The notes under the pieces are model-generated. The model searched no databases, was not told where the DNA came from, and saw only the letters and a program-made list of their open reading frames with translations. From NCBI RefSeq assembly GCF_009914755.1, contig NC_060940.1: 64,000 bases of DNA; one strand, written 5' to 3'. The translations under genes and the position numbers were made by a program. Shown piece after piece: positions 41,617 to 55,754 of the stretch. How positions within the stretch are numbered: the first letter of the stretch is position 1; each line of letters begins with the position of its first letter. This DNA is from the human T2T-CHM13v2.0 reference genome, Homo sapiens.

Positions 41617-41800
41617 GTGTTGTCCATTATAATAGTAGCCATGTCTGGCTATTTCATCTTAAATGTACATGTAAATTACATTTTCAGTTTCTCAATTACA
41701 TTAGCCATATTTCTATTGTTCAACAGCCCATGTGCCTAGTGACTATCATATTGGATAGTGCAACATGGGACATTTCCATAAGTACAGAGTTTTCTCAAGC
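41617..41800. mobile_element. MER3 hAT-Charlie MITE
   Basis: ttgtccattataatagtagccatgtctggctattt...cccatgtgcctagtgactatcatattggatagtgc...catttccat. Confidence 0.75.
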
Positions 41801-41815
41801 ATTCGAAAATATTTC

Positions 41816-41835
41816 AGAACATTCTAGAATGTTCT
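41816..41835. promoter_or_regulatory. Perfect 4-unit heat-shock element (HSE) motif
   Basis: aGAAc aTTCt aGAAt gTTCt, a 20-bp perfect palindrome; motif only, function untested. Confidence 0.6.
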
Positions 41836-42799
41836 AGAGCAAGTGACTACTATATTATGACTCTAACAGAGGCTTTTAAGGAGTTTATCCAGGCTTCTGG
41901 CTTAAGGTTTTCTTTGGTGAAAATCAGCCTGATGTGCTTTAGTGATTCTGAAGCTGTGTTAGGAAGAGATCCATTCTGATTTTAGCTGGTTTGCATGCTT
42001 TTATGTAAGATTTAGCTGAAACAATGGACTTCATGGGTGAGAAAAATTTGAAAATCACTAGAGGAATGTAAAGAGGCTAAGGGGGCATAAACATCTGAAT
42101 TTAAATCCTTTTCCTTCCACTTATGAGCTATGAGATCTTGGAGAAGTTAACTGATGAGCAGATCCACAGATTTACCATCTCTAGAGACTGAGATGGAATG
42201 TCCACCTCACAGTGTTGTTACAAAGGTGACAGGATCCAATGTGTGAATGAACTGCGTGGATCCAGTGCTTTTTAGTAACAACTCAGGAAATGATAGATAT
42301 CCTCATAATCATCACTGTAATTCTACAACGCTCATCAATAATTTAGAAGAAACTAATTGTGGGTGACATAAATCTAAGAATGATAGGAAACATGTAATTC
42401 GACAAAACCAGATTCACAAAGATTATAAAAAGGATAAAATATTGTGCTTAGTTTAAGAAGAGGAAGTTTGGTAAGTATAAGCATAACATTTTACCCTGGA
42501 GTCCAGGAATGTAAGTACATAAGAATAAAATTGGAGACAATGTAGTCTAATGGCACCATATTGGAAGATAGTAATGTCACTGTTGTTCAATCCTGTAATA
42601 CGGCTGTATCATGAAATATGAATGTCCTCACCTCTTTGCCTTAGCAAACCATACATGGATGAGGCTTTAAGTCTTGTTATTTTAGGAGAAGCCAAGAAAG
42701 CTGGAGCAGTTTTTCTTCTTTCAGAAAATATTTAACATCTCCTATGGTCCAAGATAGTCTATAGTACCAAACATCAAAAGATTGGCCATTACTCTCTGA

Positions 42800-43260
42800 G
42801 AGCCCACAGACTGCAGGAGAGATATATTGATCAAATAACCACCCAAATAAATATAAAATTAAAAATGTGATATGTGCCAGGACAGAAAGGTCCATGGTGT
42901 TCAAAGAACCTTTACTAGGAGAACTTTTTTTTCTATTCAGGGAGACCAGGGGAACTTTCCTTTGAAACTGAATATTCAGCTCAGACCCAGGTAGAATAGA
43001 GGTGACTTGGCAGAAGAGGAGGAGTTTCCAAGTCACAAGGACCACACTTGTAAACATGAGGTGAGAGAGAATGAGACGCATTGAGTGTAGAGGGAAAGGC
43101 TCCTGTTGAAGGAGAACACATCTTGGAACATAAGGTTCAGGGGAGGCAGGGGCCAGACCACAGGGGGCCATGTAGGCTATGCTATGATTTGGATCTTTAT
43201 TCTAGAAGCAATGGTAAGCATTGATGGGATTTGTATAAGAAAGTAGTATGGTCCTATTTG
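42800..43260 (-). mobile_element. L2 remnant
   Basis: ggggccagaccacagggggccatgtaggc...atttggatctttattctagaagcaatgg. Confidence 0.6.
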
Positions 43261-46200
43261 CCCTTTCACAAGTTTACAAGACTACAAGATAATTACAAGT
43301 ATATCTACTGACATGATGCATTGTATCGTTGATTTCCTATGGTTAATCCACCCTTGCTCTGAAAGAGTAAACCATATTTGGTTATAACAAATTTTTCTTT
43401 CCTTCTTTATTCATGCATCCATGTAACAAATACTCATTAAGTGCCTCCTACATCCCCAGCATTCTAGGTGCTAATTCACCCATGGGCAGATAAGGACCTT
43501 GCCCCTGTGGAACTTCCAGTCAGGGAGACAGACAACAAATATGTGCAAATAAATGTGAAGCAAAGCACAGCGTATTAAGTAAACAGGGAGCAAAAGAGAG
43601 GCTCTATTTCACATAGTCAGGGAAGGCATCTCCAAGGAAGTGACATTTGCACGTAGACATCTGAGTGATGGGAGGTAGGGCACCCCCAGGAACAGGCCCA
43701 GCTTCTTCGTCCCTCTAGGAGCTCCTCCATTCTCACAGACACATACTAATTGAATTTTCACATTTTCCGCTCTGTTCTTCCCTGCCTCCAAGGAGAACCT
43801 TAATTATGCTATTGAATATCTGGATTCCCATTGAGCTTCAGTAGTGAACTCAGCATTGTATCTTTCTCATCCTTTCCACCTGTCCTTCACTGCAGCTCCC
43901 TGACCTGGCTCTGCAAAACCCATGCTCTGCTCATTTCTTAAAGAATACAATTTTGAAAGGTGTGTTTTTCTTTGTCCCTATGCCCGTTATCCTTTTAAGT
44001 GTGTTCATTTTGTCATTCATTCATTTGGTCATTCTCTTATTCATTTGCTCAACACGTTATTTTGTTAGTGACCCCTTTGCTCTGGGTATTGTATTGGTGT
44101 GATCGTACTGGTCTTTCCTTAGAGGGTAAGGGATGTCTTCTCAAGGGACTGGGAAGAACACCCTACAGGTGTTGACTTCTTCGTCTCCAATGAGATCTTA
44201 GTGATGTGTCCATACACAAACACACTTTTCATGCTCAGCAGGCAGGTAGCTCTACTACAGCCCTCCTGCAGTGAGGAGGAAGCTTCTTCCTTCAACTTGG
44301 TTTCTCAGACTCTTTGCAGTTTTTCATTGTACAATGTGGGCATGAGAAACCACATTGCTACCAAAAGGACCTTTCCTCAGGTAGTGAAGTATCTTAAAAT
44401 GAAACCTAATTATCATCACAGCACATGCCAGTGTTATTTTCTTAAAATGAATGGAGATAAGGAAGAGCAATTGATGGGGAAGGAGAAAGGGACCGCCCTG
44501 ACCCTAGTTCTGGGTATCTCAGAAGGGTGTTCCTGGAGGTTGGCTTCCATTTCTTTCCTGAGAAGTGCAGGAATAAGGGCATGAAGTAAAATTTAACAGA
44601 CTGAGGGGCTGGTGTGTTGCCTACCTTTGTGTGTGTTGGAGGGCATTTATGCTGTTATGAATGAAAGGGTAGTACATATGGTGTGTATTTCAAAAATTGT
44701 GCCTTTCCATCCATGCCTTTCATCAGTGCAGTTAGTAAAAATTTCCCCAGGATTTTTGTCATTTTTTTTTTCTGCAAGGGCCAGCTGCAGTCTGTTGTTT
44801 GTATCTTCAGGATTATTTCATAAAAATTTGGGAAGAGGCAGTCACAGCAGGCCCAGGTGTGTTGTCTCTATGTTCACCCAGAAGTGTCCGTAAAGGAAAA
44901 AACTCTAACAGAGTTCTTAAAATGGAATATGCTGTCTCCATGAGATCATATTTCCCATCTACGAAGGTGGTCAGGCATGAGCTGGGTCATCATTTGGCTG
45001 TGTGCTGAAGTAGTGATTCCAGATGTCTTGAGTCAGGCATAATAAGTTGGTTTTACCTTGTGTGCCCAGCCTGATGGATTGTTCCTGGCTGTTTGGGCTC
45101 AGTAGGATGAATGTCATGATCCATTAACAAGGTCTGTCCTGGATATGGAGAGTGGGGAGGATGGGGGCACACACACCATGTATTTGTCATCCCTAGGAAG
45201 GGAACTGAACTAGAGAATTGCAATGCACTGTGAACAATGAGAGTACCAAGATGAGTGGTCTCTGTATCTTCATCTAAATACTTCATGGGAACGTGATTAG
45301 CGATATTAGCCCGAGCAGTGCTTCAGGAAGGTCCAGAAATTAGGTGTAGTAGGAGCTCCAAAATAGACTATTTTAGAGGTGGGAGGATTGTAAGTTCACA
45401 TTGGTGATATCTCTAGAAAGTCGATCACCTAGGAAGTCTGTTTCTTTCATTGGTGCCACTTGCTTGTCATTGAGTTTGTTGGTTTGTTGGTTGATTAATG
45501 TGTATTTTCATCATTTATTGAGCATTTACTATGTGCCATGTTCTGTGCTAGATTTTCAAGATAGAGATGGATCAAATGATGAACAACTCCTAACTTTATG
45601 CCTTCCAGAGTAATTGGGCCACTTGAAGGTATCTGCCTTGGACCTTAATTGATTTCGCTTGTCTAACATTTAGCCTTCTTCCTTTTCTTTTCTGGAAAAA
45701 AGCCCCTATATTTATTTCAGGAAATTTCTACCATTTTATGAAGCTCTTGTAGACAGCAGAATGCACACACTGTCCACCCTTTACTCCCACCCACTACAGG
45801 AGTGGGCACAGGGTCCAAGCTAGGCCGGTCACAGGACAAAGGCTGTGTCCAAAGGGATTGGCCATTATGGTGACGGTGTGGTCCTGGTTTCTGTACTTCT
45901 CTCAAGTCCCCTTTAGCTCAGTGAGTTACCAGTTTCCTCCAACTAAACCCCCTTGATTTTCTAAGCATGGCCTGACTTGGCTTCTGTGACTAGCAACCTC
46001 AAAACCCTGATTGGTTCCACACCTTTAGGTTGGTGTTAAGGTTAAAACTCTCGGGCCACAGTCAGATTTTCATAATCTGGAGGCTGTTTAACCTCTGACA
46101 TAGCCATCTACTTCCTAACCCACAACTTTTGTCAAAACAAGTTGAGGAGCTGGCTAGTGGAGGAAGACAGATTACAGCAGGGTTTAAGTATCCTTGCCTT

Positions 46201-46309
46201 TCCTAACTTCTGAAGCACAGATGTAACAACACTGAATTCACTTCACCTTCCATTCCTGCTAGTGGTTAAGGAGGTGATGTTTTCTTCTCACGTTACGGAA
46301 AAGATATCT

Positions 46310-46530
46310 TTGGGGAGGTATAGCACAGAGTTTGCAAGCATGGACTTTGGCATCTGAAGTTGGCTTAGATTCCAGTTCTGCCACTTATGAGTTGGTAACT
46401 AGGGGCAAGGCACTTGACCTCTTTGGGTATCAGTTTTCTCAGTTATAAAATGGAGATAATAAACAGTCCCTACTCAGACAGAGTTGTAGATAAATAAGAT
46501 AATGCATGCAAGGCATTTAGCCCCATGAAG
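46310..46530 (+). mobile_element. MIR
   Basis: ttccagttctgccacttatgag...ggcaaggcacttgacctct...cagttttctcagttataaaatggagataat. Confidence 0.8.
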
Positions 46531-48045
46531 TTGGACTGCAGTGATCTATTTAACGTGGATTTGTGTGTGTGTGTTCTTTAGATCCTAAAAACTTGAAGTT
46601 CCACTCAAGAGTCAGTTTTACCCTGTAGCCTTTTTTAAGATGCTTGTTAATATTTGAATTTGAGAACAAGAGAGACTGAAGGTGAAAACGATAATCCTAT
46701 GACCTTCCCCACCCAAACGCCACACACAAGCCTATTCTAAACCCGTCTTTCTTCCTTAAGTGTGCCAATTACTTCAGAGTGTATTAATAGTGCCCTCTGC
46801 TGCCCAGAGCACCGCAGCTTAATGGGATCTCCTGGGGCAGATGAGCTGGGATGTAGGTCTGAGCTTTTGGTGCTTCCATCTCTGCCTGTCACCCTCAGAC
46901 ATATTCTCCTTCCAGTTCACAGCTCCATTTTCTCGCCTGCATTTCTAGCTAAGCTCTGAGTCATCGATCTCAACCTTTAATTCAAGTTTGTGCCTGGATC
47001 TGAACCAAACCATAGATAGATACTCATAAAGGTTGTGCAGATGAGAATGTGTGGTTGTTCTGCTTTTGATCAGCAGCAGGCTGAGATTGCTTCCAGGATA
47101 ACGGGAGCCAAGTCTATTTTCTTAGGTTACAATGAAGGACTCAAGTCCTGCCTGGAGCTGGCTGAGTGATGAACTAAATTGGAGAAATGTGCCATGTGGC
47201 TCGCCGTGTTGATTAGTTGAGTTCACTTGAGTCCCCTTTTTGCAGCCAAGTGCATTCGTAACTTCCATAGCATGGTACTCTAAATCTGCTGACTATTTCT
47301 GTGGTGGTTACTATTCCAGTTTGAAGAGAGGGGTGTGGAGAAACAGTAGTGAAAGCAGGAGTAAAGACTTCTGACAGATTGAGGCTCCACTTCAAACCAT
47401 CTCATTTAGACCTCATACTTTTAGTGTCATTATAATAACTCCTCTAGCAAGACTGCAACATGGAGAAGTTGGTGATGAAATGATAAGTACCCAGAAAATC
47501 CTTGTACACCATGCCTGCAGAGTTCAGGCTAGACTCAGGGAGATGGTGAGATAATTCTTTGTCTTCTGCAATGGACTGTGTGCTTTGTGCATCCTGGCAA
47601 GTGGTTGGGATGGATTTGCCCCGAGCCAGTCACACTCTCTTTGCTTCCATTGTGACCACTGTCAGTTAGGTAGGTGCCTAGGATGGTATAATCTGAGTCT
47701 CCTTAGTCAAAAGTCGAATTAATTTTTACCACATCAGAACTGGAGATCTTGGCATCCCAAAGTCATATATACCAAACACCTGAGCTAACCATCCAAGTTA
47801 AAAAGAAATGCCAAATCCATGATACTGTACATACTTTTCATTCCCATAATGTTATGTTTACTTCCACATAGCTACACGATATATTATAACACAGTAGGTA
47901 TGAACATGAGCTCTGGAATCAGACAAACTGGATTTGAATCCCAGGTTTGAATCAGTTGCCTTCCCTTGCTTCCTCTTGATATTCTTATTGCCATAGCAGG
48001 AATACTCTGTCTATCCAACAGAGTTATTATAAGAATTCAAGTTGT

Positions 48046-48367
48046 GGCCAGGGACAGTGGCTCATGCCTGTAATTCCAGCACTTTGGGAGGCTGAGTCAG
48101 GTGGATCACTTGAGGTCAGGAGTTCGAGACCAGCCTAGCCAACGTAGTGAAACCCCATCTCTGCTAAAAAAATACAGACATTAGCCAGGTATAGTGGTGC
48201 ATGCCTATAGTCCCAGTCATCGCAGCTACTTGGGAGGCTAAGATGGGAGAATCGCTTGAACCCGGGAGGTGGAGGGTGCAGTTTGAACCAAGATCATGCC
48301 ACTGCACTCCAACCTGGGCAACAGAGTGAGACTCTGTCTCAATAATAATAATAATAATAATAATAAA
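48046..48367 (+). mobile_element. AluS SINE with (AAT)n tail, inserted in a MIR
   Basis: Alu dimer, tail aataataat..., short TSD AAGTTG. Confidence 0.93.
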
Positions 48368-50009
48368 AGTTGGTAACGCACACAGGCACTTTGCACAGGT
48401 AATGCACACAGGTCCTTTACACGATGCCTGGCAGAAACAATGTTAGCTGCTATATGTGATGCTGTCCTGGTAGAAAGGAGCTAGTTCACCCATTTCAGAA
48501 AAGGAAATAAGCAATGAGTCCGGAGAGCAGAGCTGAGTCACTCTCCTCTACTGCTGCCCCTCAAAAAGTTGTTCACCTGTACATTACTTGTTAGTCTTCA
48601 AGAATTTCCACATCTCATGTCATTATGCAAGTATCCAATCAGTATTTCCCAGACATGGAGATTTTTTAGCTCTATATATGTCTACATTGCAGATCAGTTT
48701 TAAGGATTAAATACAATATTGTGTGTGGGCACTTACACATATATAACTCTGGAGAACTTAAATAGAATTGTCAACTTATGCCAATTAAGGACATTCAAAG
48801 ACAAACACCACACCACCATCTACTCTCTCCACTATTTCATAGAAGAATCTAAAATTACATGCAGTGTTGTGGATTTTTCATTTCTTTTTAACATGAGTGG
48901 TTAGCTCAGGTGTTTGAGATACATGCTTCCGGGATGCCAGGATCCTCAGTTCTATGTGAAAGAAGATAATTAGATTTTTTTCACTTAAGGGACACAGGCT
49001 GTGCCATCCGGGTACCTACCTAACTGACATTGGTTGCAATGATAATAGCATATCAAGAGTGTGTGACTGGAACACCAGAAAAAGATCAGCCTGCATGCTG
49101 AATAAATTTAGCTCTATGTCAGAACTAGAAATGTTGTCCATTTGCTGAGGATGGACAAAAATTTGATCTCTAACCAGATCTTGAGAATTGTTGGTATAGA
49201 CCGTAGGAAACTGTCACCTTTCAGAACAATCCAAGGCTCCCAGCGACCTCCTCTGAGTGAATAGGATAGGAGGGTGAAGACAGACCCCTCAGGGCTCCTG
49301 TTCTGAAGATCATCCCAGACCAACAAGCTTTTCAGAGTGTTCAAGGATCAGGGAGCATGTGTGGTGGGATAGAGATGCATGAACTTGAGCCAAGCAATTC
49401 AAAGTGATTTGAAGAGAAATCCCGAGGCTTATGTGTCCTTCACTGTGGTGAGTAAGCAAGTGGCGCGCTGTCCCTGGAGACCAGCACCGATCAGTCATTG
49501 CACACCCTGAAGTGTGCTGAGGATCTCTCAGACTTGCCAAGGCTGACATGAGTCTGGTCTTAAGTGGAAAGGACATACCAGCCTCTGGGAAGAGGTGAGC
49601 TCTGGCAGAGAACGGTGAGGGAGGTGGGGGTCAGCTGCATCTCTAACCTTCTGTTTCTTTAGAGGGCGAGAGAGATAGGTGGCTTCCAAACAGAAAGGCC
49701 TGTGCACATCAGCGTGACAGCAGCCGGCTGGAGAGATGGGGTGCAGCCTGCCAGATTCAAAGGGGTGGCTCTCCCACCCCCCTTTGAATATAATTATCAT
49801 TCCACTTGGAGATCTAGAAGGAATAAAACTAGGCCCTTGATCCACTGTCTAATGGATTGTGTGACTATCAAGAAACTGTGGCAGCCTGTGGAACGAGACA
49901 GACATGATCTGACTCCTGAAAGAACCACGTGTGAGTCATGTAGCCTGGGAGGGTTCACTTAATTACATAATGACCTGTCTCCATCCTCTTCATCTCTTAC
50001 TGTCCTGTC

Positions 50010-50524
50010 CAGCACTGTCCAGCTTCTGACAGTTTCACCCGGGGAAATTTTGTGCAGTGTCTTCAGCATTCAGAAGCCATGAATATTAAGGAAGGTATGA
50101 CTAGTTGAAGATATCAGTGAGGAGTGGGAAAGAAAACAAAAAGAATGACAATAGGGCCTTACTAATAAGGATCATAATTTTAAACCAGCCGCTATCCACA
50201 TGTGGTGATGGAGCTGCTGAAATGAGGCCAGTGTGGCTGGTGTGTCCTGAGATGTGCTGCAAATGTAAAGTCCCCACTTGATTACAAACACTTAGGATGA
50301 AAAAAATGAATGTAACATATTTCATTAATAATTTCCTGCATGGATTACGTCTTGACATGTTGAAATAATAATATTTTGGATATATTGGGTTAGATAAAAT
50401 TCATTTTTAAAGTTGATCTCCTCTGTTTGTTTTTATTTTCTTTTCATGTGACCATTAGAAAATTTAAGTTGTATGTGCAACACACATAATTGCAAGATGT
50501 TTATTATTCCATTAGGCAGTGCTG
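50010..50524 (-). mobile_element. MER33 hAT-Charlie MITE interrupted just inside its terminus by a 165-bp local copy
   Basis: cagcactgtcc | insert | cagccgctatccacatgtgg...gagatgtgctgc...aatattttggatatattgggtt...ggcagtgctg. Confidence 0.8.
50021..50185 (+). repeat. Local duplication, derived copy of 51360-51523
   Basis: tgaagatatcagtgaggagtgggaaagaaaacaa...ccttactaataaggatcataattttaaac occurs at both positions. Confidence 0.95.
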
Positions 50525-50934
50525 GTCTACAGACTTAGGAGTGGTAGAAGGGGATAAGGAGAAAAGGTCATGACAAGGAGAACCCTACTATTTGCCAGAC
50601 GCTAGGCCCCTGCCCTGTGAGCCTCTTGGCAGCCCAAGTTGGGAACTACTGTATTTATTTTACTGTTTTACCGGTGAAGCTTCTGGAGAAGAAACTGTTT
50701 GCTCAGAGCCCAACATTGAATAAATGCTAAGTGATGATTCAAATTTGGGTGTTTGGACTCAGCAGTTCAATGTCTTAACTATTAATTATTGCCTTTGCCA
50801 TAATTGGAGATGCTCAATAATGTATGCCTTGCCAAGTGATTTTGAGGATTAAATGCAATGTTGTAGGTGAACACTTAGCTTAATAAGAGCCTCGTAAGTA
50901 AGGATGGCTGCTATTAATGTAAAAATAATAATAA

Positions 50935-51030
50935 TGAGGAGGAGAAAGTGGAGGAGATGGAGAAGAAGAAGAAGTAGGGAGGAAAAGAAGGGGAGGAGTA
51001 GAAGTGGGGAGGAGGAGAAAGAGGAGACAA
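50935..51030. repeat. GA-rich low-complexity tract
   Basis: gaggaggagaaagtggaggagatggagaagaagaag... Confidence 0.8.
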
Positions 51031-52454
51031 GTTATTGCCATCACCAGCAATACGTGCCAGGTGCTATCTTGGGCACTTTACGTACATTATGTAATTTAAT
51101 GCTCACAGCAAGCCTAGCCAATACTCACCCGCCCTTTCTGCCTCTAATTTTTTCTGGTATGAGCGTAGCAAAGTCCGCCTGACACTTGAATATTTACTTC
51201 CACTTCACGACTCTTCATCGTGGTCTGTTGGGTGCGTAGGAAGCTTCAGATGGCAAAGGGAGGTGCTGGCAGGGACTGGCAGCAAATGAGCAAACTACAG
51301 AGATGAGAGGGTGGGACAGAGCCTGCGTTTTGTAAGGGAAGAGTGGCTGCCCTAATTTTAGCTTCTGATTCACCCAAGGAAATTTTGAGCAGTGTCCCTA
51401 GCATCCAGAAACTGCGAATACTAAGGAAGGTCTGACCAGCGGCTGAAGATATCAGTGAGGAGTGGGAAAGAAAACAAGAAGAACGACAATGATACCTTAC
51501 TAATAAGGATCATAATTTTAAACTAATTAAATGCCAATTGGAATGGAAGGTATTTTTCTTTAAGGAATTCTAGAAACTGATTTCATGCAATTGGCCTTGC
51601 CCCAAAAATAAGAGGAAGGAAAGCATACGTTAATTAGACTAAATAAAGAATGAAGCTCATGTGGGTTGTGGGGTACTTTAAATCACACAAAAGCCTTGAG
51701 AGATGTGAGGAAGGTGGTGTGTGTCTACCAGGGTCCTGGAAACTTCCAATAATAGAATTTATATCCGATCCTGGTCAAGACACACAAGGGCACAAAGTTA
51801 GTAAGTAAACCATCCCTACTACTCTATGCCACCTTTTATTAACCCAAAGCACAGAGCTTCTCACTCATGAAAGACCAAGACAGACTTCCCCATCCTCCAA
51901 AGGTGGTGGATAGCAAGGGACAACGTTTGCAGTCCGACTTCTTGCCAGGCCCAGGTCTAGCTGGATGTTTGCTATATGTCCTTGAATCTTCATGCTAACC
52001 CTCTGAAGTATTTATTTTTATCCCTCAATGTATAGGTGAGATTGAATTATTCTGCCAGGTCATTTAATTACAAGTTGGCAGAGTGCGAATCCTAAATTAC
52101 GTTGATCTGACTCCCACATCCTTGCTGATTCTACCACGTCATGTGGCCTTCTCTTTCAATTCCACAGTCATGACTAGAGCTTTCTCCACCTACACCAATT
52201 GCATGAAGGGGGTCTGGCTGCTGGGACCTCCCAGGGTACAGAGCTGATTCACTTCAACCGGCATCCAGGGGCGTGCCTTGGAAAGCCAGGATGGAGGGGT
52301 AGTAGGAAATTGCTCTTTTGTTAAATGCAACTTGGGTTTATTTGGAAGCAGAAAAGAAAAAGAAAAAAAGAAAAAAAAAACGTTCTGAAAAAGAATCATG
52401 AGTTGCTCCATGTAATCTGTAAATTGAAATTAGATGGTTGTCAATAAATTCTTA

Positions 52455-52690
52455 CTATATATATAAAATTCCATATATATGCATATATGTATTTGCTTAT
52501 ATAGATATATAGTTTGGGTTAATTTAATAATAATTTAATAATTTAACTTATATAATAATAATTTAATTTATTATATATAATATATACAATAATTTAATAT
52601 ATAACATATAATAATAATTTAATATGTTAATTTAATAATTACTTTAATAATAAATCATTATTAAATATAAAGTATCTATTATTTAGATAA
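52455..52690. repeat. AT-rich low-complexity / (TAA)-like repeat
   Basis: aatttaataataatttaataatttaac... Confidence 0.85.
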
Positions 52691-52717
52691 AACCTAACTA
52701 TCCTTGTACACAGCTTC

Positions 52718-53169
52718 TGTGATGTTTAATTTTGAGTGTCAACTTGATTGGATTGAAGGATGCAAAGTCTTGTTCCTGGGTGTGTCTGTAAGGGTATTGG
52801 CAAAGGAGATTAACATTTGAGTCAGTGGACTGGGAAAGGCAGACCCACTCTCAGTCTGGGTGGGCACCATCTAATCAGCCGCCCGTGAGGCCAGAATAAA
52901 AGCAGGCAGAAGAACGTGTAAAGACTAGGTTGGCTTAGTCTTCTGACCTACATCTTTCTCCTGTGCTGGATGCTTGCTACCCTCAAACGTTGGACTCCAA
53001 GTTCTTTAGCTTTGGGACTCAGACTGGCTTCTTTGTTCCTCAGTTTGCAGACGGCCTATTGTAGGACCTCACCTTGAGATCGTGTGAGGCAATACACCTT
53101 AATAAACTCCCCTTTATGTATACATTTATCCTGTTAGTTCTGTCCCTCTAGAGAACCCTGACTCATACA
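52718..53169 (+). mobile_element. MLT2A (probably MLT2A1) HERV-L solo LTR
   Basis: TGTGATG...gagtgtcaacttgattggattgaaggatgcaaag...ctctagagaaccctgactcataCA; TSD GCTTC/GCCTC. Confidence 0.9.
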
Positions 53170-53959
53170 GCCTCTGGAAAGATTTATTGCTGCCTCTTGC
53201 CCTTTTTAAGAAATAAAATAATTAATTGATATGGTTATTTAAATTATTCAAGAAGTAAGAGAATACATTCTAATCATCAAACATCTAAATAATTCCCCAA
53301 ATGTGAAACTCTCCTTTCATTCATGCCCTGCTCCCACCTAGCCATCTGCTCTTCCCAGAGGTATTCACTGCTATCAGCTCAGTGTGAATATCTGTAGCTT
53401 TTTGCTTACCATTTCATTTATAGGAACATATAGAAACATATGGTTTCTTTTTTCTATCAAAAATAGGGTCTTATGCTACATATTGTTCTACAACTTCTCT
53501 TTTTACATAACGTGGCTTATTTTTCTTGGTGGCTGTATGCTACCCCAGAGGATGGAGGTGCCAGATTCATTTAACCATCTGTTATTGACAGACATTTAGG
53601 TGGTTTCTTGTTTTTCAGTATTATGAGGGTAATTCTTTAGTCTTTCATTCTAGGGAATGCTTGATATTTTACAGTCAACATATGGCTGAGTAAATATTTA
53701 AGATTTTATGTTGACATTTTGCTGTCAAGTCCGGAACTTTTATTATGCAATTCACCTTTTGGATTTTACGATAGTATGTGTTATCGCTTTCTCCGTCTTA
53801 GTTGGCAAGGCCACACCTATCAATGTTGACTATCTTTTCTAGATAACACAACTTCAGTTTTCATGGCTAAGAGCCCGTAAGCAGTAGTGGCCCTGCCTTG
53901 GCTATGAGAGCAATGCTTAAGGATGCATAAATCGGAGAAAATATGAAAATGACATTTTG

Positions 53960-54260
<301 letters not shown>

Positions 54261-54917
54261 GAAAAGTGGCATTTTGGAGATTTAAGAGTTCTACTCCTCC
54301 CTCTTCTCCCCTCTAAACTCTTATCCAGTTGAACACAGACTTGAAGAACCAGGGGACTGTCAAGTGAAACATCAGATGTATTATATTAATGAGCAAGGAC
54401 AGTGTCCAATCCTTTCATATTTAGGGTCTCCTATTAGCTGTGCTGGAGAACACAGCTTAGGCCTGAGGTCAAAGCGAGTGTTTTTACAGGTAACCCTTAA
54501 ATCTAGACTTTGAACCTATCTTCAGCAACTTGGTTTTCAGGAGTTAGTCCAAGCAAGTTCCCAGACAGCAGAGGGTCTCCAGCTACCCAGGGAGCCATCA
54601 TCCGGGGGAGGAATGGTGTTACTCTGAATGCTCACCCATTCTTGGTCAGCAGCCCAGGGGATGTTGAACCTTCCCTACTCTTCCCAAACAGATTAGCCTG
54701 TGACCCTCCCATCAGAATGAGTGGGTAAGGGGGTACGCAGAGGACCAGAAGCACCCAGTCCTGCTCTCTTCTAGGGAATGGGATAGAAATCCCTTCATGG
54801 AAACATGCAAGCAGGAGAATTGGGTCTTCCTCAACATAGCACATAATCTGGCTTTCTAGATATTTTCCTTAAAATTAAGGATTTTTCCAAAAAATCAGGC
54901 TATTAATTTTTGTGTAC

Positions 54918-55361
54918 TGTAATGAGTTACATTGTGGGCCCCCAAAAGATAGATGCATATCAGTATCTGAACCATGAGAATGGTATCTTATTTAGAACAA
55001 GGCTTTAGCAGATGCAATTAAATTAAAGGTCTCAAAATGAGATTACCCTAGATTACTCTGGTAGATCCTAAATCCCGTGACAAATGTCCTTATAAAAGAC
55101 AGAAGATACAGAATACAATGGCATGTGTGGATGGAGGCTGAGCTTGGCGTGACACTGCCACGAGCTAAGGAACGCTTGGAGCCAGCGGAAGCTGGAAGAG
55201 GCAAGAATGGATTCCCTTTTAGAGCCTCCAGAGTGAACAGAGCCCTGCTGGCGTCTTGATTTCAGACTTCAGGGCTCCAGAACTGTAAGAGAATAAATCT
55301 CTATTGTTTTAAGCCACCCAGTTTTGGGTTACTGCTGTAGCAGCCCTATGAAACTTACACG
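54918..55361 (+). mobile_element. MLT1C-like MaLR solo LTR
   Basis: gaagctggaagaggcaagaatggattc...ttgatttcagacttc...ctccagaactgtaagagaataaat...ttaagccacccagttt. Confidence 0.8.
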
Positions 55362-55384
55362 TTTACTGTAAGAATGAAAGAAGG

Positions 55385-55754
<370 letters not shown>

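Noticed and set aside
42677-43171. 164-aa minus-strand ORF
   Set aside because: Lies within an L2 remnant and has no protein similarity I can recognise
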